Program-made: the position numbers and the translations under genes
Assembly (NCBI GenBank): GCA_963664395.2
Contig: OY761159.2
Span: forward strand, 4,352,001-4,416,000
DNA from: Candidatus Binatia bacterium
Lineage (GTDB): Bacteria > Desulfobacterota > Binatia > Bin18
Direction: 5' to 3'
DNA length: 64,000 nucleotides
The notes under the pieces: generated by a model
Told to the model about the DNA's origin: nothing
The model's input: the letters and a program-made list of their open reading frames with translations, nothing else
The model's database searches: none
Shown: positions 18,163 through 28,066 of the stretch, piece after piece
Position numbering within the stretch: position 1 is the stretch's first letter
Layout of the letters: the number at the start of each line of letters is the position of its first letter

Positions 18163-19101
18163 ATGGAGAATACAACAAACGTGATTTTGGCCTGCGATGA
18201 ATCTGGTGCGAAAGGCTATGCGAATCTACGAGAGCAATATGATGGTGAGGTTGGCGTGTTCGCAGGGATCCTGATCTCCCAAGAGATCGAAGCGAAAGCG
18301 CGACCTGAATTCCAGAAAATTTACAACCGGTATAAGCCAACAACCGGAAAGCTGCATATTGCTGATCTCCCACCAGATCAACAGCAAGCTCTCCGACAGG
18401 ATGTTCACACGGCTATTCGCAGACTGAACTTACCGTGCTTCTGGTACGCCATTCATGTGGAAGGATTTCACGCCTGGTACCTGAAAGAGAAAGAGCTTCT
18501 GGAGCATGCAAGACAAGAGGCACTAAAAGCTGATTCACAGCAGCGGATTAGACGGGGCAGTCCACGGGACGAACCACGCTCTCTGCATGAAGCACTGTTC
18601 GTAGGGCTGTATGGGCATCTCATCGCATTCCTGGAGGAAAAGCACCAAAAGGAGGTATCGATTGAAGTCCGAACAGACCAGATCGACACTCCGATCGTGA
18701 ACAACTTCGAGCGCATAGCCAGGGACTTGTTGAATGACGACCCGGACCTAAGTATGGTCTCAGGCTATGATATCGTGACAGACCTAGTTGTCAAAGGAGC
18801 CATCCAGATTACGGCCACACTGCCTTCCTCTCTGGATATCGAAATCATGGTAAGGAGCCTGAAGATCACTCCTATCCGTGATGGAGATGGGTATGTACTT
18901 GCAGCAGATGTCCTCGCGAACAGCCTGTACTACCTGTTCAAGAACCGGGATCAGTCCGAACTCTACAAGCCGTTGAACAAACCGACAGCCATCCGGGACC
19001 ACCCAATCGCAGATCACATCGAGGCGGTCTTTCGCGACTGGGGCTCTGGGGATCTGATTGGAGATGGACTGTTCCGCCACCCGAAAGGCATGAGGCTATG
19101 A
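18163..19101 (+). CDS. DUF3800-like (RNase H-fold) protein
   Basis: N-terminal ACDESG, KLHIADL, late LAADVLANS. Confidence 0.7.
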   Translation: MENTTNVILACDESGAKGYANLREQYDGEVGVFAGILISQEIEAKARPEFQKIYNRYKPTTGKLHIADLPPDQQQALRQDVHTAIRRLNLPCFWYAIHVEGFHAWYLKEKELLEHARQEALKADSQQRIRRGSPRDEPRSLHEALFVGLYGHLIAFLEEKHQKEVSIEVRTDQIDTPIVNNFERIARDLLNDDPDLSMVSGYDIVTDLVVKGAIQITATLPSSLDIEIMVRSLKITPIRDGDGYVLAADVLANSLYYLFKNRDQSELYKPLNKPTAIRDHPIADHIEAVFRDWGSGDLIGDGLFRHPKGMRL

Positions 19102-19217
19102 GCGATGTTCCGTAACTGTCCCATTGAGCACGGCAGTGACAACACGCGAGGTTTAATCCACCATCGCCCAGTAGAATAAGATCAGGGCGGAAGCGAGAGA
19201 GTCCATCTAATCGACAG

Positions 19218-20681
19218 ATGAGGACAGACATGTTCGAGCAAACTTTTAAGAATATTGACGACGTACTGTGGAAAGAGGCGGGCTGTTCGTCCGAGCTCGA
19301 CTACACCGAACAATCCTCGTGGATGCTGTTCCTTAAGTACCTGGATGACCTGGAACAGGAAAAGGCGATAGAAGCCGAGCTGGTCGGCAAGTCCTATGAC
19401 TTCATCATCAGTGCGCCGTATCAATGGTCACGCTGGGCAGCGCCCAAGAAAGCCGACGGCTCATTCGATCATGATACCGCGCTGACAGGCGATGATCTGA
19501 TCGCCTTCATTGATGACAAGCTGTTCCCCTACCTCAGAGGTTTCAAGCAACGCGCCTCCGGCCCCAATACGATCGAATACAAGATCGGGGAGATTTTTGG
19601 TGAGATCAAAAGCAAGTTCCGCAGCGGCTACAGCCTGCGCGATGCACTGGAACTGACCGACGCGCTCCGGTTCCGCTCCCAGCAAGAAAAATACGAGCTG
19701 TCGCATCTGTACGAAGCCAAGATCAAGAACATGGGCAATGCGGGCCGCAACGGTGGGGAGTATTACACCCCGCGTCCGCTGATTCGTGCCATGATCCAGG
19801 TGGTCAAGCCGACCATCGGCGAGCGTATCTATGACGGGGCAGCGGGCTCGGCGGGCTTCTTGTGTGAGGCGTATGACTATTTACGGCGCGGCGACCTCAC
19901 CACCAGCCAACTCCAGACCCTGCAAACCCAGACGTTCTACGGCAAAGAAAAGAAGAGCCTCGCCTATATCATCGCCATCATGAACATGATTCTGCATGGC
20001 ATCGAAGCGCCCAACATCCTCCACACCAACACCCTGGCCGAGAACATCAGCGACATTCAGGACAAAGACCGCTTCGATGTGATCTTTGCCAATCCGCCTT
20101 TTGGGGGCAAGGAGCGCAAGGAGGTCCAGCAAAACTTCCCCATCAAAACCGGCGAGACGGCTTTCTTGTTTCTGCAACACTTCATCAAATCACTGAAGGC
20201 AGGCGGCCGAGCAGGAGTGGTGATCAAGAACACCTTTCTGTCGAACTCTGACAATGCCTCGACGGTACTACGCAAAGAGTTGCTGGAAAGCTGCAACCTG
20301 CATACCGTGCTGGACTGCCCAGGCGGGACCTTTCTTGGGGCTGGGGTGAAGACGGTGGTGCTGTTCTTTGAGAAAGGCGCACCTACCCGCAAGGTGTGGT
20401 ATTACCAGCTCGATCCGGGGCGGAGCTTAGGCAAGACCAATTCTCTTAATGACGATGACCTGAAAGAGTTTGTCGAATTGCAGGCCAGTTTTGCGGAGTC
20501 GGAGAAGTCATGGTCAGTGGATGTAGCGGATATTGATCCGGTCAGCTTCGATCTGTCGGTGAAGAATCCCAACAAGGCTGAGGAAGCGCCGCTACGTGAA
20601 CCGGAGGAGATCATCGCGGAAATGGTGGTGCTTGATGCCGAGAGTGCGGAAGTGCTGGGGAACATCCAGGGGCTACTATGA
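19218..20681 (+). CDS. hsdM: Type I RM methyltransferase subunit
   Basis: GEYYTPRPL, YDGAAGSAGFL, ANPPFGG. Confidence 0.96.
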   Translation: MRTDMFEQTFKNIDDVLWKEAGCSSELDYTEQSSWMLFLKYLDDLEQEKAIEAELVGKSYDFIISAPYQWSRWAAPKKADGSFDHDTALTGDDLIAFIDDKLFPYLRGFKQRASGPNTIEYKIGEIFGEIKSKFRSGYSLRDALELTDALRFRSQQEKYELSHLYEAKIKNMGNAGRNGGEYYTPRPLIRAMIQVVKPTIGERIYDGAAGSAGFLCEAYDYLRRGDLTTSQLQTLQTQTFYGKEKKSLAYIIAIMNMILHGIEAPNILHTNTLAENISDIQDKDRFDVIFANPPFGGKERKEVQQNFPIKTGETAFLFLQHFIKSLKAGGRAGVVIKNTFLSNSDNASTVLRKELLESCNLHTVLDCPGGTFLGAGVKTVVLFFEKGAPTRKVWYYQLDPGRSLGKTNSLNDDDLKEFVELQASFAESEKSWSVDVADIDPVSFDLSVKNPNKAEEAPLREPEEIIAEMVVLDAESAEVLGNIQGLL

Positions 20682-21787
20682 CTGACGGCTGGCACACAAA
20701 GAACCTTGGTGACCTCTGCGATGTCCTCGACCACAAGAGGAAACCTATCACTAAGAAAGATCGCATTCCGGGGGATTATCCCTACTACGGGGCAACCGGT
20801 GTCTTGGGATATGTCGAAGGCTTCCTCTTTGATGAGAAACTAGTGTTGGTCGGGGAAGATGGTGCAAAGTGGGATTCTGGAGAGAACACAGCTTTTGCCG
20901 TAGAAGGTAAGATTTGGGTGAACAATCACGCGCACGTACTCAGACCACATCGCGCCAAGGTTCTCGATAATTGGCTGATCTATTTTTTAAACCACTCCGA
21001 CCTATCCAAATTTGTCTCCGGGCTGACCGTTCCGAAACTGAACCAAGGTAACCTTCGCGAGATTCCTATTCCGTTCCCCCCCCTGCCCGGACAAAAGCGC
21101 ATTGTCGCCATTCTCGATGAAGCGTTTGCGGGGATCGCGACGGCGGTCGCCAATACCGAGAAGAATCTCGCCAACGCCCGCGAGTTGTTTGAAAGCCAGC
21201 TCCACAGTGAACATGCTGACAAAGCGCTCCTCGGAGATTTAGTGAATATCAAAACCGGAAAGTTGGATGCAAATGCTGCGGTGGAAGGTGGGCAATATCC
21301 GTTCTTCACTTGTTCTAGGGATATTTCTGCCATCAACACTTACGCCTTTGATTGCGAAGCTATTCTCTTGGCTGGCAACAACGCCGTCGGTGATTTCAAT
21401 GTTAAGCACTACAAAGGAAAATTTAACGCTTACCAACGCACCTACGTGATAACGGTGGACGAAAAGAAGCGTCTGCTTCACCGGTTTCTCTATTTTCAGA
21501 TGCTCAAGGGTTTGAAGAAATTCAAAGCTCAATCGGTCGGCGCTGGGACGAAGTTCCTAAAATTGGGAATGATAAAGGATTTGGAAATTGCGGTACCGAG
21601 TCTCGATGAACAGCAGCGCATTGTTTCAAGGATAGACTCTGTCCGAGAAGAAACCCGACGCCTCGAATCCATCTACCAACACAAGCTCACCAACCTCGCC
21701 GAATTCAAGCAATCCCTCCTCCACAAAGCCTTCAGCGGCGAACTCACCGCCCAACCAGAGCGCACCCTGCAAGAGGCCGTGGCATGA
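20678..21787 (+). CDS. hsdS: Type I RM specificity subunit
   Basis: Two TRDs with conserved PLPGQKRIVAILD and PSLDEQQRIV...KQSLLHKAFSGEL. Confidence 0.95.
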   Translation: MTDGWHTKNLGDLCDVLDHKRKPITKKDRIPGDYPYYGATGVLGYVEGFLFDEKLVLVGEDGAKWDSGENTAFAVEGKIWVNNHAHVLRPHRAKVLDNWLIYFLNHSDLSKFVSGLTVPKLNQGNLREIPIPFPPLPGQKRIVAILDEAFAGIATAVANTEKNLANARELFESQLHSEHADKALLGDLVNIKTGKLDANAAVEGGQYPFFTCSRDISAINTYAFDCEAILLAGNNAVGDFNVKHYKGKFNAYQRTYVITVDEKKRLLHRFLYFQMLKGLKKFKAQSVGAGTKFLKLGMIKDLEIAVPSLDEQQRIVSRIDSVREETRRLESIYQHKLTNLAEFKQSLLHKAFSGELTAQPERTLQEAVA

Positions 21788-24114
21788 ACGAAGCCGAAAC
21801 CCGCGCCGAGCTGATCGACCCTGCCCTGAGAGACGCAGGCTGGGGCGTCGTCGCAGGCAGCCGTGTACGACGCGAAGTCATCACCCTCGGTCGCCTGCAA
21901 GGGGGAGGCAAGCGCGCCAAGCAGAACATTGCCGACTACGTGCTCACCTATCGCGGCCACAAGCTGGCCGTCATCGAAGCCAAGAAGCGCAGCCTGCCAG
22001 ACACCGAAGGCGTCGGCCAGGCCAAGAAATACGCCGGGAATCTACAAGCCCGCTTTGCCTACTCCACCAATGGGATCGGCATCTACCGCATCGACATGCA
22101 GACCGGCCAGGAAGGCTATATCAGCCAGTACCCCAGCCCGGATGAACTGTGGGCTGCGACCTTCCCCGAAGAAAACGCCTGGCGCAACCGCTTCGCCGAA
22201 GTCCCCTTCGAGGCCAAGAGCGGGACATGGGGGGCGCGCTATTACCAGCACAACGCCATTAACAAAACACTCGAAGCCATTGCCGCTGGCCAAGACCGCA
22301 TCCTGCTCACCATGGCGACCGGCACCGGCAAAACCTGCATCGCCTTTCAAATTGCCTGGAAACTGTTTCACAGCCGCTGGACCTTGGCCAAAGACGGCCA
22401 GCGCCGGCCCCGTATCCTGTTCCTTGCCGACCGCAATATTTTGGCGAATCAAGCCTTCCTTGATTTCACCGCCTTCCCGGACGACGCCCTGGTCCGTATC
22501 GATCCCGATGTGATCCGCAAGCACGGGCGCGTCCCAAAGAACGGCAGCATCTTCTTCACCATCTTCCAGACCTTCATGACCGGCCGTGATGCCGACGGCA
22601 ACCCCGCGCCGAACTTTGGCGACTACCCACCGGATTTCTTCGACTTCATCGTCATTGATGAATGTCACCGCGGCGGGGCACACGACGAAAGCAACTGGCG
22701 CGGCATTTTGGAATACTTCGCACCCGCCGTGCAGTTGGGCCTGACCGCCATTCCCAAGCGTACCCACAACGTTGACACCTACGCCTATTTCGGTGAACCC
22801 GTGTACGTCTACTCATTGAAGGAAGGCATCAACGACGGCTTCCTGACACCCTTCAAAGTCAAACAGATCGCCACCACGCTTGATGAATACGTCTATACCC
22901 CTGACGACGAACTGATCGATGGCGAGATAGAGGCAGACAGACGCTACACCGAGGAGAATTTCAACCGCATCATCGAAATCAAACAACGCGAGCAATACCG
23001 GGTGAAGCTCTTCATGCAGGCGATTGACCAGCACCAGAAGACCCTCGTCTTTTGTGCCACGCAAGCCCACGCGCTGGCCGTACGGGATCTGATCAACCAA
23101 ACGAAGACCGGCACAGACCCCAATTACTGCGTGCGGGTCACCGCCAATGAAGGCAAGCTCGGTGAGCAGCATCTGCGCACGTTCCAGGATAACGAGAAGA
23201 CCATCCCGACCATTCTCACCACCTCACAGAAGCTCTCAACCGGAGTGAATGCTCGTAATATCCGCAACATCGTCCTGATGCGGCCTATTAACTCGATGAT
23301 CGAATTCAAGCAGATTATCGGGCGTGGAACGCGACTGTTTGAGGGCAAGGACTATTTTACTATCTACGATTTTGTCAAAGCGTATGAGCACTTCAACGAC
23401 CCTGAATGGGACGGTGAACCGGCCGAGCCCGCCGAGCCCATCGTTGTGCCACCAACAGGAGAAACCCCAGAGCACCCCGACAACGGTACAGGCGACGAGT
23501 CAGCAGACGACGAACCGCAACGCCGCCGCATCATCAAAGTCAAGCTTGCCGACGGCAAAGAGCGCACCATCCAGCACCTGATGGCCACCACCTTCTGGAG
23601 TCCGGACGGCACGCCCATATCCGCCGCCCAGTTTGTCGAACGCCTGTTTGGCGAACTGCCCGAGTTGTTCAAAGACGAAGACGAATTACGCGCCCTGTGG
23701 GGGCGACCCGATACACGCAACGCCTTATTAGAGGGCCTGGCTGAAAAAGGCTATGGCGATGAGCAACTGACTGCAATCCGAGGCATGATTGATGCCGAGA
23801 ACAGCGACCTGTACGACGTGCTGGCTTACATTGCCTTTGCCCTCGCGCCGATCAGTCGAGCGGAAAGAGTCAGCACCCACAAGAGCCGCCTCTTCACCCT
23901 GTATGATGCAAAGCAACTGGAGTTTTTAGACTTTGTCTTAGCCCAGTACGTCAAAGAAGGCGTGGGGGAATTGGCCCCAACCAAATTACCCGACCTGCTT
24001 GCGTTGAAATATCATGGGACGAACGATGCCGTTGCAGAGCTGGGGAGTGTGGCAAAGATACGGGATGTGTTTATCGGGTTTCAGGAGCACCTGTATGCGC
24101 AGCAGGACGGATGA
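21784..24114 (+). CDS. hsdR: Type I RM restriction subunit (EcoAI/EcoEI-like)
   Basis: ADYVL..VIEAKK, MATGTGKT, DECHRG, FKQIIGRGTR. Confidence 0.95.
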   Translation: MNEAETRAELIDPALRDAGWGVVAGSRVRREVITLGRLQGGGKRAKQNIADYVLTYRGHKLAVIEAKKRSLPDTEGVGQAKKYAGNLQARFAYSTNGIGIYRIDMQTGQEGYISQYPSPDELWAATFPEENAWRNRFAEVPFEAKSGTWGARYYQHNAINKTLEAIAAGQDRILLTMATGTGKTCIAFQIAWKLFHSRWTLAKDGQRRPRILFLADRNILANQAFLDFTAFPDDALVRIDPDVIRKHGRVPKNGSIFFTIFQTFMTGRDADGNPAPNFGDYPPDFFDFIVIDECHRGGAHDESNWRGILEYFAPAVQLGLTAIPKRTHNVDTYAYFGEPVYVYSLKEGINDGFLTPFKVKQIATTLDEYVYTPDDELIDGEIEADRRYTEENFNRIIEIKQREQYRVKLFMQAIDQHQKTLVFCATQAHALAVRDLINQTKTGTDPNYCVRVTANEGKLGEQHLRTFQDNEKTIPTILTTSQKLSTGVNARNIRNIVLMRPINSMIEFKQIIGRGTRLFEGKDYFTIYDFVKAYEHFNDPEWDGEPAEPAEPIVVPPTGETPEHPDNGTGDESADDEPQRRRIIKVKLADGKERTIQHLMATTFWSPDGTPISAAQFVERLFGELPELFKDEDELRALWGRPDTRNALLEGLAEKGYGDEQLTAIRGMIDAENSDLYDVLAYIAFALAPISRAERVSTHKSRLFTLYDAKQLEFLDFVLAQYVKEGVGELAPTKLPDLLALKYHGTNDAVAELGSVAKIRDVFIGFQEHLYAQQDG

Positions 24115-26126
24115 GCGCGTGCGGTTGCAAAGTAGTCAGGGCAGAGATTCAAGGAGGGGATATGGTGGACATTCCTGGAACTTTACCAGAGGAATTCGCT
24201 GCGAAATTTGCGGCAAGCTTTACCGCAGAGCTTGCCAAAACGACATTCCAGGGCTTAAAGGGCTGGCTCAGCACAGAAGCCAAAAAGCACGACCTGTTCG
24301 GTACGGCTCTAAATGCCTACAAGGATGGGGTAGAGCGACGCTACGATTCGATGAAGATATTAGGCATGAGAGAGCCCACCCTACTCCGCGATATTTACGT
24401 TCGTGTCAATATTCTCGAAAAAATCTCTAGCACCCACCGCGTCACCACTGAGGGACTGGAAGAGTTCTTCCAACGAGATCAACGCGGCTTTGGCCAGGTG
24501 GAAGAAACCAAAGAAGGAGTTGCCGTCTTTAATGATCTCCAATCAGGAAAGCTTACGGTCCTCGGCAAGCCCGGAGCAGGGAAGACAACCTTTCTGAAGC
24601 ACCTCACACTACAGGCGCTCGATGGTACTCTGAGAGAGAACTATCTCCCTATTTTCGTCAGCCTCAAGGAATGGTCTGAGACGGAGATGTCACTGATGGA
24701 CTTCCTTGCTGATCAATTCGATATCTGTGGCCTTCCGGGAGCGAAGCCCTTCGTGGAACATCTCCTGACCGCAGGACGATGCCTCATCCTCCTTGATGGT
24801 CTCGATGAAGTCACGAGTGATGTCGATAGGACCATTCGAGCAATAAAAGATTTCTCGGACAAATATCATCGGAACCGGTTTGTCTTGAGCTGTCGGATTG
24901 CAGCTTATGATTACGTCTTCGAGCATTTTACCGAAGTCGAAATGGCTGACTTCAATGATGAGCAGATTCAGACCTTTATCGCCAACTGGTTCCGAGACGA
25001 GGAGGAGACGGCTCAGCAGTGTTGGAAGCAACTCAATACCGAAGAGCATGCCCCGATCAAAGAACTTGCCGCCACTCCGATTTTGCTGACACTGCTTTGC
25101 CTCACGTACCATGAGCAGCTAGACTTTCCACCCAATAGGGCGGAACTCTATAGGGAAGCAATTGATGTCTTGCTGAAAAAGTGGGACACTTCGCGCCGCA
25201 TCAGGCGGGACCAGGTCTACAGGCGTCTCACCTTGAAACGTAAAGAGTTGATGCTCAGTCAGATCGCCTTTCAGACCTTTATGCAAGGGCACTACTTCTT
25301 CCCCCGACAGCAGCTTGAGCGTGATATCGCAGCGTATATTGGAAATCTTCCCGATGCTCCGGAGGACTCAGTCGAGCTGGATAGTGAAGCCATTTTGAAA
25401 GCGATTGAAGCCCAGCATGGCTTGTTTGTTGAGCGCGCTAACGGGATATACTCCTTCTCCCATCTGTCATTCCAGGAATATTTTGTCGCGAAATACATTA
25501 CCGAGCACCGCAGCCATCCAACAGTGCAGGAGTTAGTTCAGGAGAGGATGTTTGATGAAGGCTGGAGGGAGGTCTGGCAGCTCGTTGTGGGAATGCGAGC
25601 GGAACCGGATGAGGTCGTGGTAGCGATGCGCGCCCACATAGCAAACCAATTAATGACGAAAAAGGAGCGCGATTTTATAAATTTGATTGGCGAGTTCGAG
25701 CGAAAAGTAGGCAGGCGACCAACAGAGGGAATAAGACCTCTAGAAATAACAAGATGGATGCTCGAAGTAGCTCGGCGCCGCGGAATCAATAAAACCGGCA
25801 ATATGATAGAGACACTCGCCAGAATCATGCACGATGATATACGAGACGGTCCCCTAACAAAGTGGGATGACGCAAGAACACTAGAGCAATATTATGGATT
25901 CCGACCGACCGCCGACGAGACTAAGGAATTCATCACCCAAATAGATGCGTTGCTAGACGCGAACGTAGAGCGCATCGGAAAGTATGCTACGGGCACGACT
26001 CTGTTATTGCAGTGTCTCCGTCCGGAGTTCGACGTATCCAAGCGCCTCTGTGAATCACTTCTTGAGGGGCTTATCCAAGAACCGTGGGAACCTCTTCCCC
26101 CCCCGTTCTCCTATAGCACAACCTAA
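24111..26126 (+). CDS. NACHT-domain (STAND) NTPase (start may be 24162)
   Basis: GKPGAGKTT, LILLDGLDEV, LSCR, TPILLTLLC, YSFSHLSFQEYF. Confidence 0.92.
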   Translation: MSACGCKVVRAEIQGGDMVDIPGTLPEEFAAKFAASFTAELAKTTFQGLKGWLSTEAKKHDLFGTALNAYKDGVERRYDSMKILGMREPTLLRDIYVRVNILEKISSTHRVTTEGLEEFFQRDQRGFGQVEETKEGVAVFNDLQSGKLTVLGKPGAGKTTFLKHLTLQALDGTLRENYLPIFVSLKEWSETEMSLMDFLADQFDICGLPGAKPFVEHLLTAGRCLILLDGLDEVTSDVDRTIRAIKDFSDKYHRNRFVLSCRIAAYDYVFEHFTEVEMADFNDEQIQTFIANWFRDEEETAQQCWKQLNTEEHAPIKELAATPILLTLLCLTYHEQLDFPPNRAELYREAIDVLLKKWDTSRRIRRDQVYRRLTLKRKELMLSQIAFQTFMQGHYFFPRQQLERDIAAYIGNLPDAPEDSVELDSEAILKAIEAQHGLFVERANGIYSFSHLSFQEYFVAKYITEHRSHPTVQELVQERMFDEGWREVWQLVVGMRAEPDEVVVAMRAHIANQLMTKKERDFINLIGEFERKVGRRPTEGIRPLEITRWMLEVARRRGINKTGNMIETLARIMHDDIRDGPLTKWDDARTLEQYYGFRPTADETKEFITQIDALLDANVERIGKYATGTTLLLQCLRPEFDVSKRLCESLLEGLIQEPWEPLPPPFSYSTT

Positions 26127-26395
26127 AAAGAGGGTTTTCGGCATTGTTTGACGCTCACTGTGTAGCCTGTAACGAAGATGCTGAGATAAGAGTCGCACAT
26201 CAAGCTGGAAACAGACATTATTCTATCATTCGGTTGCCTCTATGCACATAACTTGCAGGGGCGACATCCGCCTTTCAGAAGCTCGTTGCGGGGAGTATGG
26301 ACCCACATAGGCCCGTAATTAGAGTGGGTAAATTCGTGGGGAAAATAGAAGTGAGTTGTTAAAAGTATAGTAAAAACAAAATGTTGAGTTGGCTA

Positions 26396-26415
26396 TTCGA
26401 ATCCCACTCCCTCCG
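26396..26415 (+). repeat. attR: duplicated tRNA-Ser 3' end
   Basis: Exact copy of 14161-14180. Confidence 0.92.
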
Positions 26416-26649
26416 TATTTAATCCTAAGCGAGATAATCCCCCTCATTTTCCCACCCATTTCTGTTTAACATACAAGTCTAACAGAAATGATCTTATCGG
26501 GCGTGAATCGGGCGTTTTTGAAACAATCGCGTAAAGGGAATGGGTGGATCTGGCCGATTCTGAAGAAATCGTGGGTGAGGGGGCCGAACGGCCGAACAGT
26601 CAAAACTGGGTTTCTATGTGTTCGAGAACGCCATAAAATAAAGTAAGGA

Positions 26650-27105
26650 TTGAGCAGAGAGGAGAAGAGGATGGCTAACCAGTGGATTAGGGATTGTTAC
26701 GAATGCAACGTGGGGGAGATTTTTAGCGAGTTGGTCAAATTCGTTGAACAAGATGTCGAAGAGATGGAAAAGTTAAACAAGAATGAACAGCCAGACCCGT
26801 CTGTGGCTCTTCCGAGAGTCTTCCACACGAGTTGGTCAAACGACAATCTGACCATGTATGTAAAATTGGGAATCTTAGGAGGAAGTCCGAACACGTTATG
26901 CAGCATCTCTTTCAAGGACGACCATATCGCCATCGAGATTCTCATCGAGCTAGGGCAGTATGAAGCTGAGATTCGGCCGTCCTGGGATCTGGAACATGCT
27001 CAGTGCCTATTGTCCATTTCCGATAGGGAAGATCCCATCAGGCGTGATGATCTGTGGAAGGTCGTTCAGGGATTCTTGAAACCCGTTTTCTTTCCAGATC
27101 GATGA
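26650..27105 (+). CDS. Hypothetical protein (start probably 26671)
   Basis: 151-aa ORF, lower GC, GAGG RBS before ATG 26671. Confidence 0.65.
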   Translation: MSREEKRMANQWIRDCYECNVGEIFSELVKFVEQDVEEMEKLNKNEQPDPSVALPRVFHTSWSNDNLTMYVKLGILGGSPNTLCSISFKDDHIAIEILIELGQYEAEIRPSWDLEHAQCLLSISDREDPIRRDDLWKVVQGFLKPVFFPDR

Positions 27106-27290
27106 AAACCGGGCCTTTCATCATTGCCGTCTGCCTCCCACTTCTTGCTGTGGGCCTGGCGAAGGGCGAAAAGGTTTACAATACGGCCTTTTGCGCCAGT
27201 GTCGGGGGAGAGACGGAAAAGAAACACTACTACACCTATCCAACCGGCCGGAGCTATGTCCTGGCCGATTGCGAGACAAGTGACATGAGG
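27102..27290 (+). pseudogene. Probable truncated secreted protein
   Basis: ATGA overlap with the previous ORF; signal-like MKTGPFIIAVCLPLLAVGLA; the frame then runs on only as antisense to the SDR gene. Confidence 0.45.
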
Positions 27291-27317
27291 GAGAAGCGAG
27301 AGACGCCCTGTCCGGCA

Positions 27318-28043
27318 CTACAGCACGCCGAGGGGCGGCATGAGGTGAATCTCGTCGGTATGAATGCCGGCCGGCTGGGCAATGACGCTCAGCATGGCAT
27401 CTGCCACATCGTCTGGAGACAGCATCTTTGCCCGGTCCAGGTCTCCGCCGCTTTTGTCCCACAGGGGAGTATCGACCGCGCCGGGAATAACCGCGGTGAC
27501 TTTTATCCCTGCTGAACGGACCTCGGCCGCTAAGACCTTTGTCAGACCGAGGGCGCCGAATTTGGAGGCCGTATAGGCTGTTGAGCCAGGGAGGATCATG
27601 TGGCTGGCAATAGACAACACGTTGAGGATATGGCCACTTTTTCGGGGCAGCATATGTGTGAGGGCGCTTTTGCAGCAGAGATATGTCCCACGCAGATTGA
27701 CGTTCATGAGCATATCCCAGTCCTCGGTGCGGGATTCCATGATGGGACCAAAGGCCGCACCACCAGCGCTCGTCACCAGAATATCAAGCTGTCCAAATTC
27801 TTCGACCGCTCTATCCATCAGGCTTGCGATTGCATGCTCGTTAGTGACATCAGTGGGAACCGCAAGGGATCGGGCGCCGGACTGAGCACATTCTTGGACA
27901 ACTCCATCCAGAGTCGCCTGGGTCCGGGCAGCGAGCACGACCTGCACACCAGCCCGAGCGAGGGCGAGGGCGGTGGCGCGACCTAGGCCAGAACTCGCGC
28001 CGGTAACAACGGCAACCTGTCCGTGAAGCGTGGGGGATGACAT
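27318..28043 (-). CDS. Short-chain dehydrogenase/reductase
   Basis: TGASSGLG, YTASK, PGAVDT. Confidence 0.93.
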   Translation of the reverse strand: MSSPTLHGQVAVVTGASSGLGRATALALARAGVQVVLAARTQATLDGVVQECAQSGARSLAVPTDVTNEHAIASLMDRAVEEFGQLDILVTSAGGAAFGPIMESRTEDWDMLMNVNLRGTYLCCKSALTHMLPRKSGHILNVLSIASHMILPGSTAYTASKFGALGLTKVLAAEVRSAGIKVTAVIPGAVDTPLWDKSGGDLDRAKMLSPDDVADAMLSVIAQPAGIHTDEIHLMPPLGVL

Positions 28044-28066
28044 GCTGGATTCCTTACGCGGGGCTC

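Larger units (their letters stand above)
14161..26415. mobile_element. Genomic island integrated in the 3' end of tRNA-Ser; no integrase seen
   Basis: Identical 20-bp repeat TTCGAATCCCACTCCCTCCG at 14161-14180 and 26396-26415; cargo of helicase, RM and NACHT genes. Confidence 0.9.
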
